Shown here: positions 1-8,517 of the stretch, piece by piece | How the letters are laid out: each line of letters opens with the position of its first letter | Numbering within the stretch: position 1 is the first letter of the stretch | Origin: Marinicella sp. | GTDB lineage: Bacteria; Pseudomonadota; Gammaproteobacteria; Xanthomonadales; Marinicellaceae | NCBI GenBank assembly: GCA_965230295.1 | Contig: OZ246001.1 | Location: forward strand, 640,001-704,000 | DNA length: 64,000 nt | Reading direction: 5' to 3' | Notes under the pieces: model-generated | The model's database searches: none | What the model saw: the letters and a program-made list of their open reading frames with translations, nothing else | What the model was told of the DNA's origin: nothing | Made by a program: the position numbers and the translations under genes

Positions 1-596
1 GGACGTTGGTTGATTTGCAACATCTGGTGATTTTTCATGAACTGTAACATGAACACCAAAGGGTAATCTTGTACTGAGGCAAAGTCGCCGGACCACAGGG
101 CACTGACCATCGGAATGATGTGTTCTTCAATGAAATAATCACTGTAATGGTGCTGTCGAAGGTAGTCAAAAACGCCGACTTCTGTGCCAGATGCCATGAT
201 CTCTTCAGCTTGGCCATAAAAACGCTTGATGTCCAACAACATGCGATAAAATTTAGGCTTGAACAAATTTGATTTTTGACAAAATAAGGTTCTTAAACTG
301 GTGGCGTTGTACTCTAAACCTGTGACTCGATTGGCCACCGCAAAACTCATGTCCGATTTGATGGATTCAACCCCATATTTCTTCAACATCGCATTGAAAT
401 GTACGTACACATCTTCATTGAACACGATAAAGCCCGTATCAACATTGATGGTTTTGCCATCAACCATTACAGTTTGCGTATTGGCATGACCACCCAAATA
501 ATCAGCTTGTTCATACAAAGTGTAATCGACTTGACCATTAAGTTGATCTGCCACCATCAAGCCACTGACTCCCCCACCGATGATTGCTACTTTCAT
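1..596 (-). CDS. FAD-dependent oxidoreductase (amine-oxidase-like, fatty-acid modification cluster); 3' end runs off the window; not in ORF track
   Basis: Manual translation from ATG at 596: MKVAIIGGGVSGL (GxGxxG) ... YLGGHANT ... VDTGFIVFNE; start overlaps the desaturase stop (ATGA). Confidence 0.85.
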   Translation of the reverse strand, partial: MKVAIIGGGVSGLMVADQLNGQVDYTLYEQADYLGGHANTQTVMVDGKTINVDTGFIVFNEDVYVHFNAMLKKYGVESIKSDMSFAVANRVTGLEYNATSLRTLFCQKSNLFKPKFYRMLLDIKRFYGQAEEIMASGTEVGVFDYLRQHHYSDYFIEEHIIPMVSALWSGDFASVQDYPLVFMLQFMKNHQMLQINQR

Positions 597-1513
597 GTCC
601 GGGCCTTGATCCTTTTTTTGTTCAACAATTCTTGATTGGGGTATTTCAGATCCCAGATCAGTCCCACTTTGTCCATCATGTATAAGACATAATAACTGAG
701 GTCGATTTGCCACCATTTGAACCCTTGTTTGACTGAACCAGGACTGCAATGGTGGTTGTTATGCCACCCTTCTCCCAAGGTCAAAATGGCCAACAAGAAA
801 TTATTCTTACTGTCATCCTTGGTTTCATAACTGCGAAACCCGAATACATGAGCCAATGAGTTGATGCAATATGTGATGTGAGATAACAACACCGTTGACA
901 CAAAGTAACCCCAGATCACCAATTGCCAGCCAGAGGTATCAAGCTGTGGGTAACTGGTTTGCAACACACTGCCCAATCCAAATAACAACACCGCAAAGAG
1001 TATGGGAAATAAGATGTCAAATCGATCAATGAATTTCAACTCAGGGAATTTTTCCAGATCTTTGACATATTGCGACTTAACAGCAAAATTCTTCTTCATT
1101 AAAAACCATTTCAAGTGACTGTGCCAAAATCCATCTCTGGGAGAGTGGCTGTCTTCTTCAGAATCTGCATGAATGTGGTGATGCCTGTGGTGGGCCGCCC
1201 ACCAAATGGGCCCTCTTTGGGTTGCTGTGGCCCCCAAAACCCCAAAAACAGCCTGGAGCCAACGGTATGTTTTGAATGATTTGTGGGAGAAATAACGGTG
1301 ATAGAAAGCCGTAATGGCAAACATGCGCACCACATAGGACAACAAACAGATCAATACAGCCACCCATGAAATGCCGACAATAAAAACAAACAAACAGGCC
1401 AAATGAATGGCAATGAATGGAATGATTCTGCTCATATCAATGGCATCAGGGTTCTCTAACTGCTCAACTTGGCTTTGGGTGTTGTCAAACCATTTAGTGA
1501 TTGTGTTTTTCAT
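593..1513 (-). CDS. acyl-CoA (delta-9 type) fatty acid desaturase
   Basis: His boxes HRYFSH, HRHHH, HNNHH; LGEGWHNNHH motif; start moved to MKNTIT (1513). Confidence 0.9.
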   Translation of the reverse strand: MKNTITKWFDNTQSQVEQLENPDAIDMSRIIPFIAIHLACLFVFIVGISWVAVLICLLSYVVRMFAITAFYHRYFSHKSFKTYRWLQAVFGVLGATATQRGPIWWAAHHRHHHIHADSEEDSHSPRDGFWHSHLKWFLMKKNFAVKSQYVKDLEKFPELKFIDRFDILFPILFAVLLFGLGSVLQTSYPQLDTSGWQLVIWGYFVSTVLLSHITYCINSLAHVFGFRSYETKDDSKNNFLLAILTLGEGWHNNHHCSPGSVKQGFKWWQIDLSYYVLYMMDKVGLIWDLKYPNQELLNKKRIKART

Positions 1514-1652
1514 TAAGGCAAAATTTATAGGATGAGAATATGATAGAAATCCGTCGGTGAAGATCCTGTGAATGATGATTCTCAATTCTTCACATCAAAT
1601 ACACATGGGTCCAATTACGATGGGAGCTTTAAATGACATTGTTAACAACTGC

Positions 1653-2207
1653 ATGAAAACTCTGATCGCAATTTCAGTGGCCACATTGCTGTTATACGCA
1701 TGCAGCAGGGCGCCAGATTTGAAACCAAATCGAACCGCTGAACAGTATTTTGCTCACTTGGCCAACACACCGGCAACCACAGAACATGACGTGGCACGAA
1801 TTTTTGGTAGAATATTCACTGATTTTAAACAAGGTGCGACTGAAGACAACATCAGGTCAGTTTACGCAGACCAACTGTATTTTAATGACACCTTTAAAAT
1901 CATAGACAACATTGATGAACTTGTTCATTACATGTCACATTCAGCCGGTAATGTTGAAAGTACTGTGGTTGATATATTAGATGTGATTCATACCGATCAG
2001 GATTATTTCATCAGGTGGTCTATGGAAATGAAATTTAAAGTTAAGGGTAAAGCCGTTTTTTCTCAATCCATAGGCATGACCCAACTGCGATTCAATCCAG
2101 CTGGCAAAGTGGTGTTCCATCAGGATTTTTGGGATTCCTCTGAGGCCTTTTATGAGCATTTACCATTTTTGGGACGATTTGTTAAAAAAGTAAAAACCAT
2201 GTTATGA
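1653..2207 (+). CDS. NTF2/SnoaL-like family lipoprotein
   Basis: Lipobox-like LYAC after a hydrophobic stretch; YADQLYFND and FHQDFWDS..FYEHLP motifs of SnoaL-like proteins. Confidence 0.75.
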   Translation: MKTLIAISVATLLLYACSRAPDLKPNRTAEQYFAHLANTPATTEHDVARIFGRIFTDFKQGATEDNIRSVYADQLYFNDTFKIIDNIDELVHYMSHSAGNVESTVVDILDVIHTDQDYFIRWSMEMKFKVKGKAVFSQSIGMTQLRFNPAGKVVFHQDFWDSSEAFYEHLPFLGRFVKKVKTML

Positions 2208-2217
2208 GGAAAGATCC

Positions 2218-2754
2218 ATGAAACTCCTGTTCTCAATTCTGGCTTTGATAATTGCTGGCTCAGTGCGTGCCACTGAACACTTGCCCTCTACAATCGATCA
2301 AAATAACAACCAATACGAACGTTGCAACGCATTCACCTTAAGGTATGCACTGGTCATCAAAGTGGTGGAGATTGGGTGGTATGCGCCCAACTGTTCAGAA
2401 GCTTCTACCATCCTGGAAACCGGCAATAAAATAGTTCGCTTTCATTACTTGAAAAATGTGGATGCTGATTTTTTTAAAGAAAGTGCCGAAGAATACTTTT
2501 TATTGAATTTGGATGATGAAGTATTACAAAAACAATTGACCGAACCCTTGCTGGCTTTCAATGCAGGATATACAGACATTACTGGTGGTGAATATTTTGA
2601 CCTGGTACATTCAGGGGGTAGTCAACTCAGTTTGTATAAAAACCATGAATTACTGACTGTCTCCGACAACAGTGTGTTTTCACAAGCCTATTTTAATATT
2701 TGGTTTGGTAGGAAACCTGTCATCAGTAAATTAAAAAACGCCTTCAGCAATTAA
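2218..2754 (+). CDS. chalcone isomerase-like secreted protein
   Basis: Signal peptide; C-terminal FSQAYFNIWFGRKPV..LK motif; usual neighbour of desaturase clusters. Confidence 0.7.
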   Translation: MKLLFSILALIIAGSVRATEHLPSTIDQNNNQYERCNAFTLRYALVIKVVEIGWYAPNCSEASTILETGNKIVRFHYLKNVDADFFKESAEEYFLLNLDDEVLQKQLTEPLLAFNAGYTDITGGEYFDLVHSGGSQLSLYKNHELLTVSDNSVFSQAYFNIWFGRKPVISKLKNAFSN

Positions 2755-2771
2755 ACCAAAACCCAAAAAAG

Positions 2772-2793
2772 GTTTTGATGTCGACATCAAAAC
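2772..2793. terminator. perfect 22-bp palindrome between convergent genes (possible bidirectional terminator)
   Basis: GTTTTGATGTCGACATCAAAAC is its own reverse complement. Confidence 0.45.
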
Positions 2794-3804
2794 TTAAGCG
2801 ACCACCCTATTCCTACCTTGTTGTTTGGCCTGGTATAACTTGTTATCCGCCAGTTTTAGCATGTCCTCTATCGATTTAGATGGCCCATTGATCACCATGC
2901 CTACGCTGACTGTGACCTCGTGATTCTGCATTTTCTCGATCTTCATTTTTTGGGTTGTTACTCTGATAGATTCTGCCAACTTATAGGCAGATGTATCATA
3001 TGAAAGTGGTATTAATATTAAAAACTCCTCTCCTCCGATTCTGAAAGACTCGCCTTGATCTTTGGTCGCAGATTCAATGATCTGTGCAAACTCTATCAAC
3101 ACTTGATCACCGATGGCATGCCCGTATTGATCATTGATTTCTTTGAAATGATCCAAATCTAACAGCAACATCCCTAATTGTTCTCCTGTTTCCACCGCTG
3201 CTTCTTGCATCTCGTTGAAAATTCGCTCCAATAATATGCGATTATAGAGGTTTGTGAGGTGGTCCTTCACTGCCATTTTTCTGAGTTGGTTTTTGGTTCT
3301 TTGGTTGGCAAACTCGTAAGCGTGCGACAGTATCCAAAACAATGAAGATGTGAAGAAAACATTGCCATAAGAGACATGCTCGGACATCGATGGATGACCA
3401 CTGAACCTCGCCAGAAAAAACCAGGCAGATGTGCTGAAGAAAACAGCTGTGACCATGAACCCGACTTTCACACCCAGCAACAGATAAGAAACCATGGGAA
3501 TCACCAATGCCCAGATAAAAATGCTGTCTGATGACTTTTCAGAAGAAAATGCATAAGTCAAGAATGAGCAAAACAATAACACATAAATCAATGACAGCAG
3601 CTCAATATTGACGTTATCTTTATGCCAATACATATAAACAAGGACTGTCAATGAAAAGGCCGCAACAAAAAACTCAAGTCCAGCCAACAAATAGTGATTG
3701 CGATACACATTCAATACGGCAAACACTGATGCAGCCACCACCGATGACAGCAAAAACACTTGCAAGACTATTTTCTTATGTTTGTCGACTTGACGGTTTA
3801 ACAC
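2794..3804 (-). CDS. membrane-bound diguanylate cyclase
   Basis: About 5-6 TM helices, then DLDHFKEINDQYGH and RIGGEEF. Confidence 0.92.
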   Translation of the reverse strand: MLNRQVDKHKKIVLQVFLLSSVVAASVFAVLNVYRNHYLLAGLEFFVAAFSLTVLVYMYWHKDNVNIELLSLIYVLLFCSFLTYAFSSEKSSDSIFIWALVIPMVSYLLLGVKVGFMVTAVFFSTSAWFFLARFSGHPSMSEHVSYGNVFFTSSLFWILSHAYEFANQRTKNQLRKMAVKDHLTNLYNRILLERIFNEMQEAAVETGEQLGMLLLDLDHFKEINDQYGHAIGDQVLIEFAQIIESATKDQGESFRIGGEEFLILIPLSYDTSAYKLAESIRVTTQKMKIEKMQNHEVTVSVGMVINGPSKSIEDMLKLADNKLYQAKQQGRNRVVA

Positions 3805-3913
3805 AGGGCAGCCACTTTTTACTCACACCCATCCATGTTAGATGAAATTCATCCAATTAACCAGTCAAGACAGCTACTTCATCGAAACTGTGGCCTGTTA
3901 ACAGGCCCCAGTC

Positions 3914-4861
3914 TCACAAATTATTCCGCAACCCCAATTCATATGGGTAAGGAGACAGGTATTTTTGGTTCAACAAGTACTCAACCTGGTAGATTTCCAC
4001 ATAATGCTTCAGCATGGTGATGGGTACGATCAAGTGGACTTTCTGCTCTTTGTATCGTTCAATCAGATTGATGATCGACATTTTCACTTCAGACGGCAGT
4101 TGAGATTTTAAGAAACCCAACATATGTAACAAGACATTGACGTGGTTATTAACTTTAGCCACATGAGTAAGGCATTCGGTAAACAGTTGAAAATAGGCGG
4201 TTAGAATTTCATCAATCGGCCCCACACCTGCATCAGCCACCAATTGCCCAAGCTTTCTGTAATGTGCTTCAGAATGTGCTTGTAAGAGGAACTTATAGCG
4301 GGTGTGAAATGCCACCAGATTTTTAGGTAATGGATCAGCCAAAACATGTTCACGCCAATCATGGTTCGCGAACACTCGGATGATGAAATTTTCGCGCAAT
4401 CTGATGTCATTCAGTCGACCGGCTTCTTCCATAGGCAGTAAAGGATGGTGTTGTTTTAATTGATAGGCAAATGCCCCCATCGCTGGTTCAGTCTCAGGCA
4501 TGCCATTTTGATTGTAAACTTTTACCCTGAACACGCCGCAACTGGGTGATTTTTGCATGAAGATATAGCCACATAAGTCCTTCAATTCCGGTGCTTTGAG
4601 ATCGGCCAATTGGTGCAATTGATCGGTGTAGTCCTGGCTTTGGTCAGTGACATTTTTAACCCTGATTTGATTGTTTTCATTCACCAATCTGATGGGTTCC
4701 CTGGGTATACCCATACCAATTTCTACTTCAGGACAGATGGGCACGAATTCAAACCATTCGGACAAAATCTGACTACAAAAAGGCGAGTTTTTATGTGAAC
4801 CATTGAACCTGACTGGCTGACCCAGCAAACAAGCACTGATGCCGACCCTGATTTTTTTCAT
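3914..4861 (-). CDS. DUF523/DUF1722 (YbgA / 2-thiouracil desulfurase family) protein
   Basis: ISACLLG, CPEVEIG, KSPSCG, EEAGRL, FHTRYK, YLSPYP..L.LRN. Confidence 0.9.
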   Translation of the reverse strand: MKKIRVGISACLLGQPVRFNGSHKNSPFCSQILSEWFEFVPICPEVEIGMGIPREPIRLVNENNQIRVKNVTDQSQDYTDQLHQLADLKAPELKDLCGYIFMQKSPSCGVFRVKVYNQNGMPETEPAMGAFAYQLKQHHPLLPMEEAGRLNDIRLRENFIIRVFANHDWREHVLADPLPKNLVAFHTRYKFLLQAHSEAHYRKLGQLVADAGVGPIDEILTAYFQLFTECLTHVAKVNNHVNVLLHMLGFLKSQLPSEVKMSIINLIERYKEQKVHLIVPITMLKHYVEIYQVEYLLNQKYLSPYPYELGLRNNL

Positions 4862-4922
4862 ACCGTATCTCTGTTCCAAAATGACAGGGTAATTCACAGC
4901 ATGTCAAAAATGTGTAAAAAAA

Positions 4923-6758
4923 TCAGGCTTTGGGTGTTTTTTTCCGCGCCTTGTTTTTTGGCTTGGCTTTGCCTTTCCTGATCGACTTGCGTTTTTTGTT
5001 CTTACTCTTGAAATCCTTTTTCGGCCGCTTGGCTTTTTTAGGTCCATCACCCATTCTTTGAATTTCACTTTTTCTGCCGCATATCCGACCGCCCCACAAC
5101 AGTGACAGGATTTCTTTCGGCATGTCTGCAGGTAAATCAACAGTGGTGACGTGCTCATAAATATCAATCTGACCCACGTAATCACGATCCAACTCAGCTT
5201 CATTACAAATCATTCCAACAATGTTACTGGGTCTGACACCGTGTTTTCTGCCTACTGAAAGTTGAAAACGCTCCATTTTAATGTCTGGATGGGCATTCAA
5301 AGGGACCGGGGTAGGATCGATGAAGTCATTGTCAATGTTCCTCTGGGTTCTCCGATGTGGCTGCCCGCTTTCTGACCGACTGTCTTGCTCCGAAGTTTTG
5401 ATGCCCTTGTTGCGTTCGTGTCTTTCACCTTTGGTCTCTGTCAGCAACATGCCTTTATCACCATGAATCATGTAGGCCAGTGCAGCTGCAATTTGTTTGG
5501 GTGAAAAATCAGTCTCTTGCTCAAATTCATCAACCAGTTGTTGATAAATTGATAAATCCTTGGCAGCCAGGGTCTCAATGATTTGGTTTTTAAACCGCAT
5601 CATGCGGTTGTCATTGATGTCAGCAACCGTAGGAATTGTCATGGATTCTATTGGCTGATTGGTGGCTTTTTCTATCATCCTCAACATCCGCTGTTCTCGG
5701 CGTGAGATGAACAAGATGGCCTCACCTGAACGACCCGCCCTGCCTGTGCGGCCGATGCGGTGTACATATGATTCTGTGTCGTAAGGGATGTCATAATTGA
5801 TGACGTGACTGATGCGGTCCACATCCAACCCGCGAGCCACCACATCAGTACCAATCAAGATATCAATCGAACCATTTTTCAATTTTGATACCAACCGTTC
5901 ACGCTGCTTTTGCACCATATCGCCATTCAAGGCTTCTGCAGAAAACCCACGGGCTTGTAGTTTTTCTGCCAACTCTTCTGTGGCCATTTTGGTGCGTACA
6001 AAAATCAACACCCCATCAAAATCCTCTACCTCCAAAACCCGAGTCAACGCTTCTAATTTTTTCATACCACTGACCATCCAATAACGTTGTTTGATGTTTT
6101 TGGCTGTGGTGGTTTTGGTTTCTATCTTGATGTCAACCGGCTGATGTAGATGATTGACAGCCACTTTTTTAACTTCTTTGGGCATGGTGGCTGAAAACAA
6201 GGCAATTTGCCGATCTTTAGGTGTGTGGCTTAATATCCAATCGACATCATCAATAAAACCCATACGCAGCATCTCATCGGCTTCATCCAACACCAAGGTA
6301 TTCAGCTCATCCAGTTTCAAGGTTTTTCGACGCATGTGGTCCATCACCCGTCCTGGCGTGCCCACCACCACTTGAACGCCACGTTTCAACTTCCTCAATT
6401 GGATGTCATAGCTCTGACCACCATAAATGGGCAAGACATGGAATCCATCTATATGGCGTGCATAAGACTGAAAAGCCTCTGCCACCTGGATCGCTAACTC
6501 ACGAGTCGGCGTTAACACCAACACTTGAACATGTTTGGCTTGCATGTCCAGTCCTGAAATAATCGGTAAGGCAAAAGCAGCGGTTTTACCGGTACCTGTT
6601 TGGGCTTGTCCAAGCACATCTTTGCCGGCCAAGATTGGCGGAATACTGGCTTCTTGAATCGGAGAAGGTTGTTCATAGCCATTTTCCTGAATGGATTTAA
6701 GAATGGCTGGTGAGAGGCCTAAATCATTGAATGAATGGATTTTGTTGGATTTTGACAT
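4923..6758 (-). CDS. deaD: cold-shock DEAD-box RNA helicase DeaD/CsdA
   Basis: AQTGTGKT, PTRELA, DEADEM, SAT, HRIGRTGR; DbpA-type RNA-binding domain; basic tail. Confidence 0.93.
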   Translation of the reverse strand: MSKSNKIHSFNDLGLSPAILKSIQENGYEQPSPIQEASIPPILAGKDVLGQAQTGTGKTAAFALPIISGLDMQAKHVQVLVLTPTRELAIQVAEAFQSYARHIDGFHVLPIYGGQSYDIQLRKLKRGVQVVVGTPGRVMDHMRRKTLKLDELNTLVLDEADEMLRMGFIDDVDWILSHTPKDRQIALFSATMPKEVKKVAVNHLHQPVDIKIETKTTTAKNIKQRYWMVSGMKKLEALTRVLEVEDFDGVLIFVRTKMATEELAEKLQARGFSAEALNGDMVQKQRERLVSKLKNGSIDILIGTDVVARGLDVDRISHVINYDIPYDTESYVHRIGRTGRAGRSGEAILFISRREQRMLRMIEKATNQPIESMTIPTVADINDNRMMRFKNQIIETLAAKDLSIYQQLVDEFEQETDFSPKQIAAALAYMIHGDKGMLLTETKGERHERNKGIKTSEQDSRSESGQPHRRTQRNIDNDFIDPTPVPLNAHPDIKMERFQLSVGRKHGVRPSNIVGMICNEAELDRDYVGQIDIYEHVTTVDLPADMPKEILSLLWGGRICGRKSEIQRMGDGPKKAKRPKKDFKSKNKKRKSIRKGKAKPKNKARKKTPKA

Positions 6759-6864
6759 GATGATTGAGGCACTGCTGAAAAAGTGTGCGGATTATATAGC
6801 AAGCCGAACCAAATAACACAATTAAACGGTGTTAATCCAGTTTATAGCGCAGTTTCATTCAAAA

Positions 6865-7962
6865 TCAGGACTTGTTGACCAAACTCAAGTCATTTTTATA
6901 CAAAGTCATCAGCTTCTTATCCATGACCTTATACCAAAGCGCAGGGATGTATGCCAACAAAAACATGCCCATATAACCTGTAGGCAGTTGAGGTGCTTCT
7001 TCGAAGTGACGCAGGCTTTGATAATGGCGTGCCGGGTTGGCATGGTGATCAGAATGCCTTTGTAAATGAAAGAGCACCAAATTTGAAATCAAGTGATTAG
7101 AATTCCAGGAATGAACCGGCTCACACCTTTGGTATTTACCGTGGGCATCTTTTTGTCTCAATAAACCATAATGTTCAATGTAGTTCGCACTGGTTAACTG
7201 CCACCAAACGATCGGTGCATGTATCATCAAAATCAATAAAGCTGTCCACCCAAATAACCATGTGAACAGGGTGTAAATCAAGGCGGTCAAATAATAAGAA
7301 TGTAATATTTGATTGTCAGTTGAGTACCAGGCCAACCCTTTTCGAGCCAAACGTTGGGTTTCTATTTTCCAAGCCCGCTTGAGGCCCCCTGGGTATTCTC
7401 TCAAGGCAAAGCGATAAATACTCTCTCCCATTCGTGCACTGGCTGTGTCTTCAGGTGTGGCCACTTCTTTATGATGGCCGGCATTGTGTTCAATGTTAAA
7501 ATGTCCATAGGCGCCACTGGCCAACGCCAGCTTAGCCAGATTCTTATCAAGACGAGATTTTTTATGCCCCAATTCATGACCTAAATTGACAGCAAGGCCT
7601 CCAAACACTCCCAAAGTCAATATGATCACAGCATGCATCCACAGTGACAACGATTCAGTCACTAAAAACTCAATGGTGTAATACATCACAAAAAAATGCA
7701 GTGGTAGCATCAAGTATAAAACCCAATTGTAATAGGTGACCGCCTCTAGCTCAGGCACCTGTTGTTCATTCGGATTGCTGTTGTCTTTGGCAAAAATCAA
7801 ATCCAACAAGGGAATGATAAAGTAGATAAAAACCAAAGGAATGAACAGCATCGCTGGGATTTGAGTTTGTTTAAACAAAACCATACCAAGCAAACCAACC
7901 AAGGGCATTAATGTGGACAGTATCCAAAGGTATTTTTTCGGCTTTTGTGATTGTTCAGTCAT
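6865..7962 (-). CDS. alkB: alkane 1-monooxygenase
   Basis: HELGHK, EHNAGHH, NYIEHYGL, LQRHSDHHA signatures. Confidence 0.92.
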   Translation of the reverse strand: MTEQSQKPKKYLWILSTLMPLVGLLGMVLFKQTQIPAMLFIPLVFIYFIIPLLDLIFAKDNSNPNEQQVPELEAVTYYNWVLYLMLPLHFFVMYYTIEFLVTESLSLWMHAVIILTLGVFGGLAVNLGHELGHKKSRLDKNLAKLALASGAYGHFNIEHNAGHHKEVATPEDTASARMGESIYRFALREYPGGLKRAWKIETQRLARKGLAWYSTDNQILHSYYLTALIYTLFTWLFGWTALLILMIHAPIVWWQLTSANYIEHYGLLRQKDAHGKYQRCEPVHSWNSNHLISNLVLFHLQRHSDHHANPARHYQSLRHFEEAPQLPTGYMGMFLLAYIPALWYKVMDKKLMTLYKNDLSLVNKS

Positions 7963-8006
7963 TTTGTCTTACCATCAAGTCAACGAATAATTTTAACATA
8001 TTAGCA

Positions 8007-8028
8007 ATTGACTGACCGGTCGGTCAAT
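8007..8028. promoter_or_regulatory. palindromic operator upstream of alkB (TetR-family-like)
   Basis: ATTGACTGACCGGTCGGTCAAT, 22 bp with one mismatched pair, 45 bp upstream of the alkB ATG. Confidence 0.65.
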
Positions 8029-8196
8029 AGTATTTATAATTTTCAACAATTTTTTTGATTTATTTTGAAAGAAGAAACTACAGGACACTGGTTATCATGT
8101 GTAAATTTGCGATAAGATATTAACTGAGCATCAAGGCTGACTTGAAATATTTGATTAAAGGCAAATATAGGCACTGAGATAAAATTATTTTTTGCT

Positions 8197-8517
8197 ATGT
8201 CCGATAAACAGAATAAACATGAACTGGGTGCAGAACTGCTTGAACAGACAGACACTGAGTTCAAAGAACCCAAAATGTATAAAGTGATGCTTTTGAACGA
8301 TGATTACACACCCATGGATTTTGTCATCGAAGTTTTACAAAAGTTCTTTGATATGGATGAACAAAAAGCCACTCAAATCATGCTCCATGTGCATACCCGG
8401 GGACAAGGCTTGTGTGGCATTTACACCCATGAAGTGGCTGAAACCAAAACGGCTTTGGTGAACGAATATGCCAGAGAGTATGAACATCCTTTGTTGTGTA
8501 TTGCGGAGGTGGTGTGA
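8197..8517 (+). CDS. clpS: Clp protease adaptor ClpS
   Basis: [27 protein letters not shown]. Confidence 0.96.
   Translation: MSDKQNKHELGAELLEQTDTEFKEPKMYKVMLLNDDYTPMDFVIEVLQKFFDMDEQKATQIMLHVHTRGQGLCGIYTHEVAETKTALVNEYAREYEHPLLCIAEVV

Noticed and set aside
1525-1570. RpoE/ChrR-type promoter for the desaturase (minus strand GGATCT-N18-CATA)
   Set aside because: Several mismatches to TGATCC-N18-CGTA; too weak to call.
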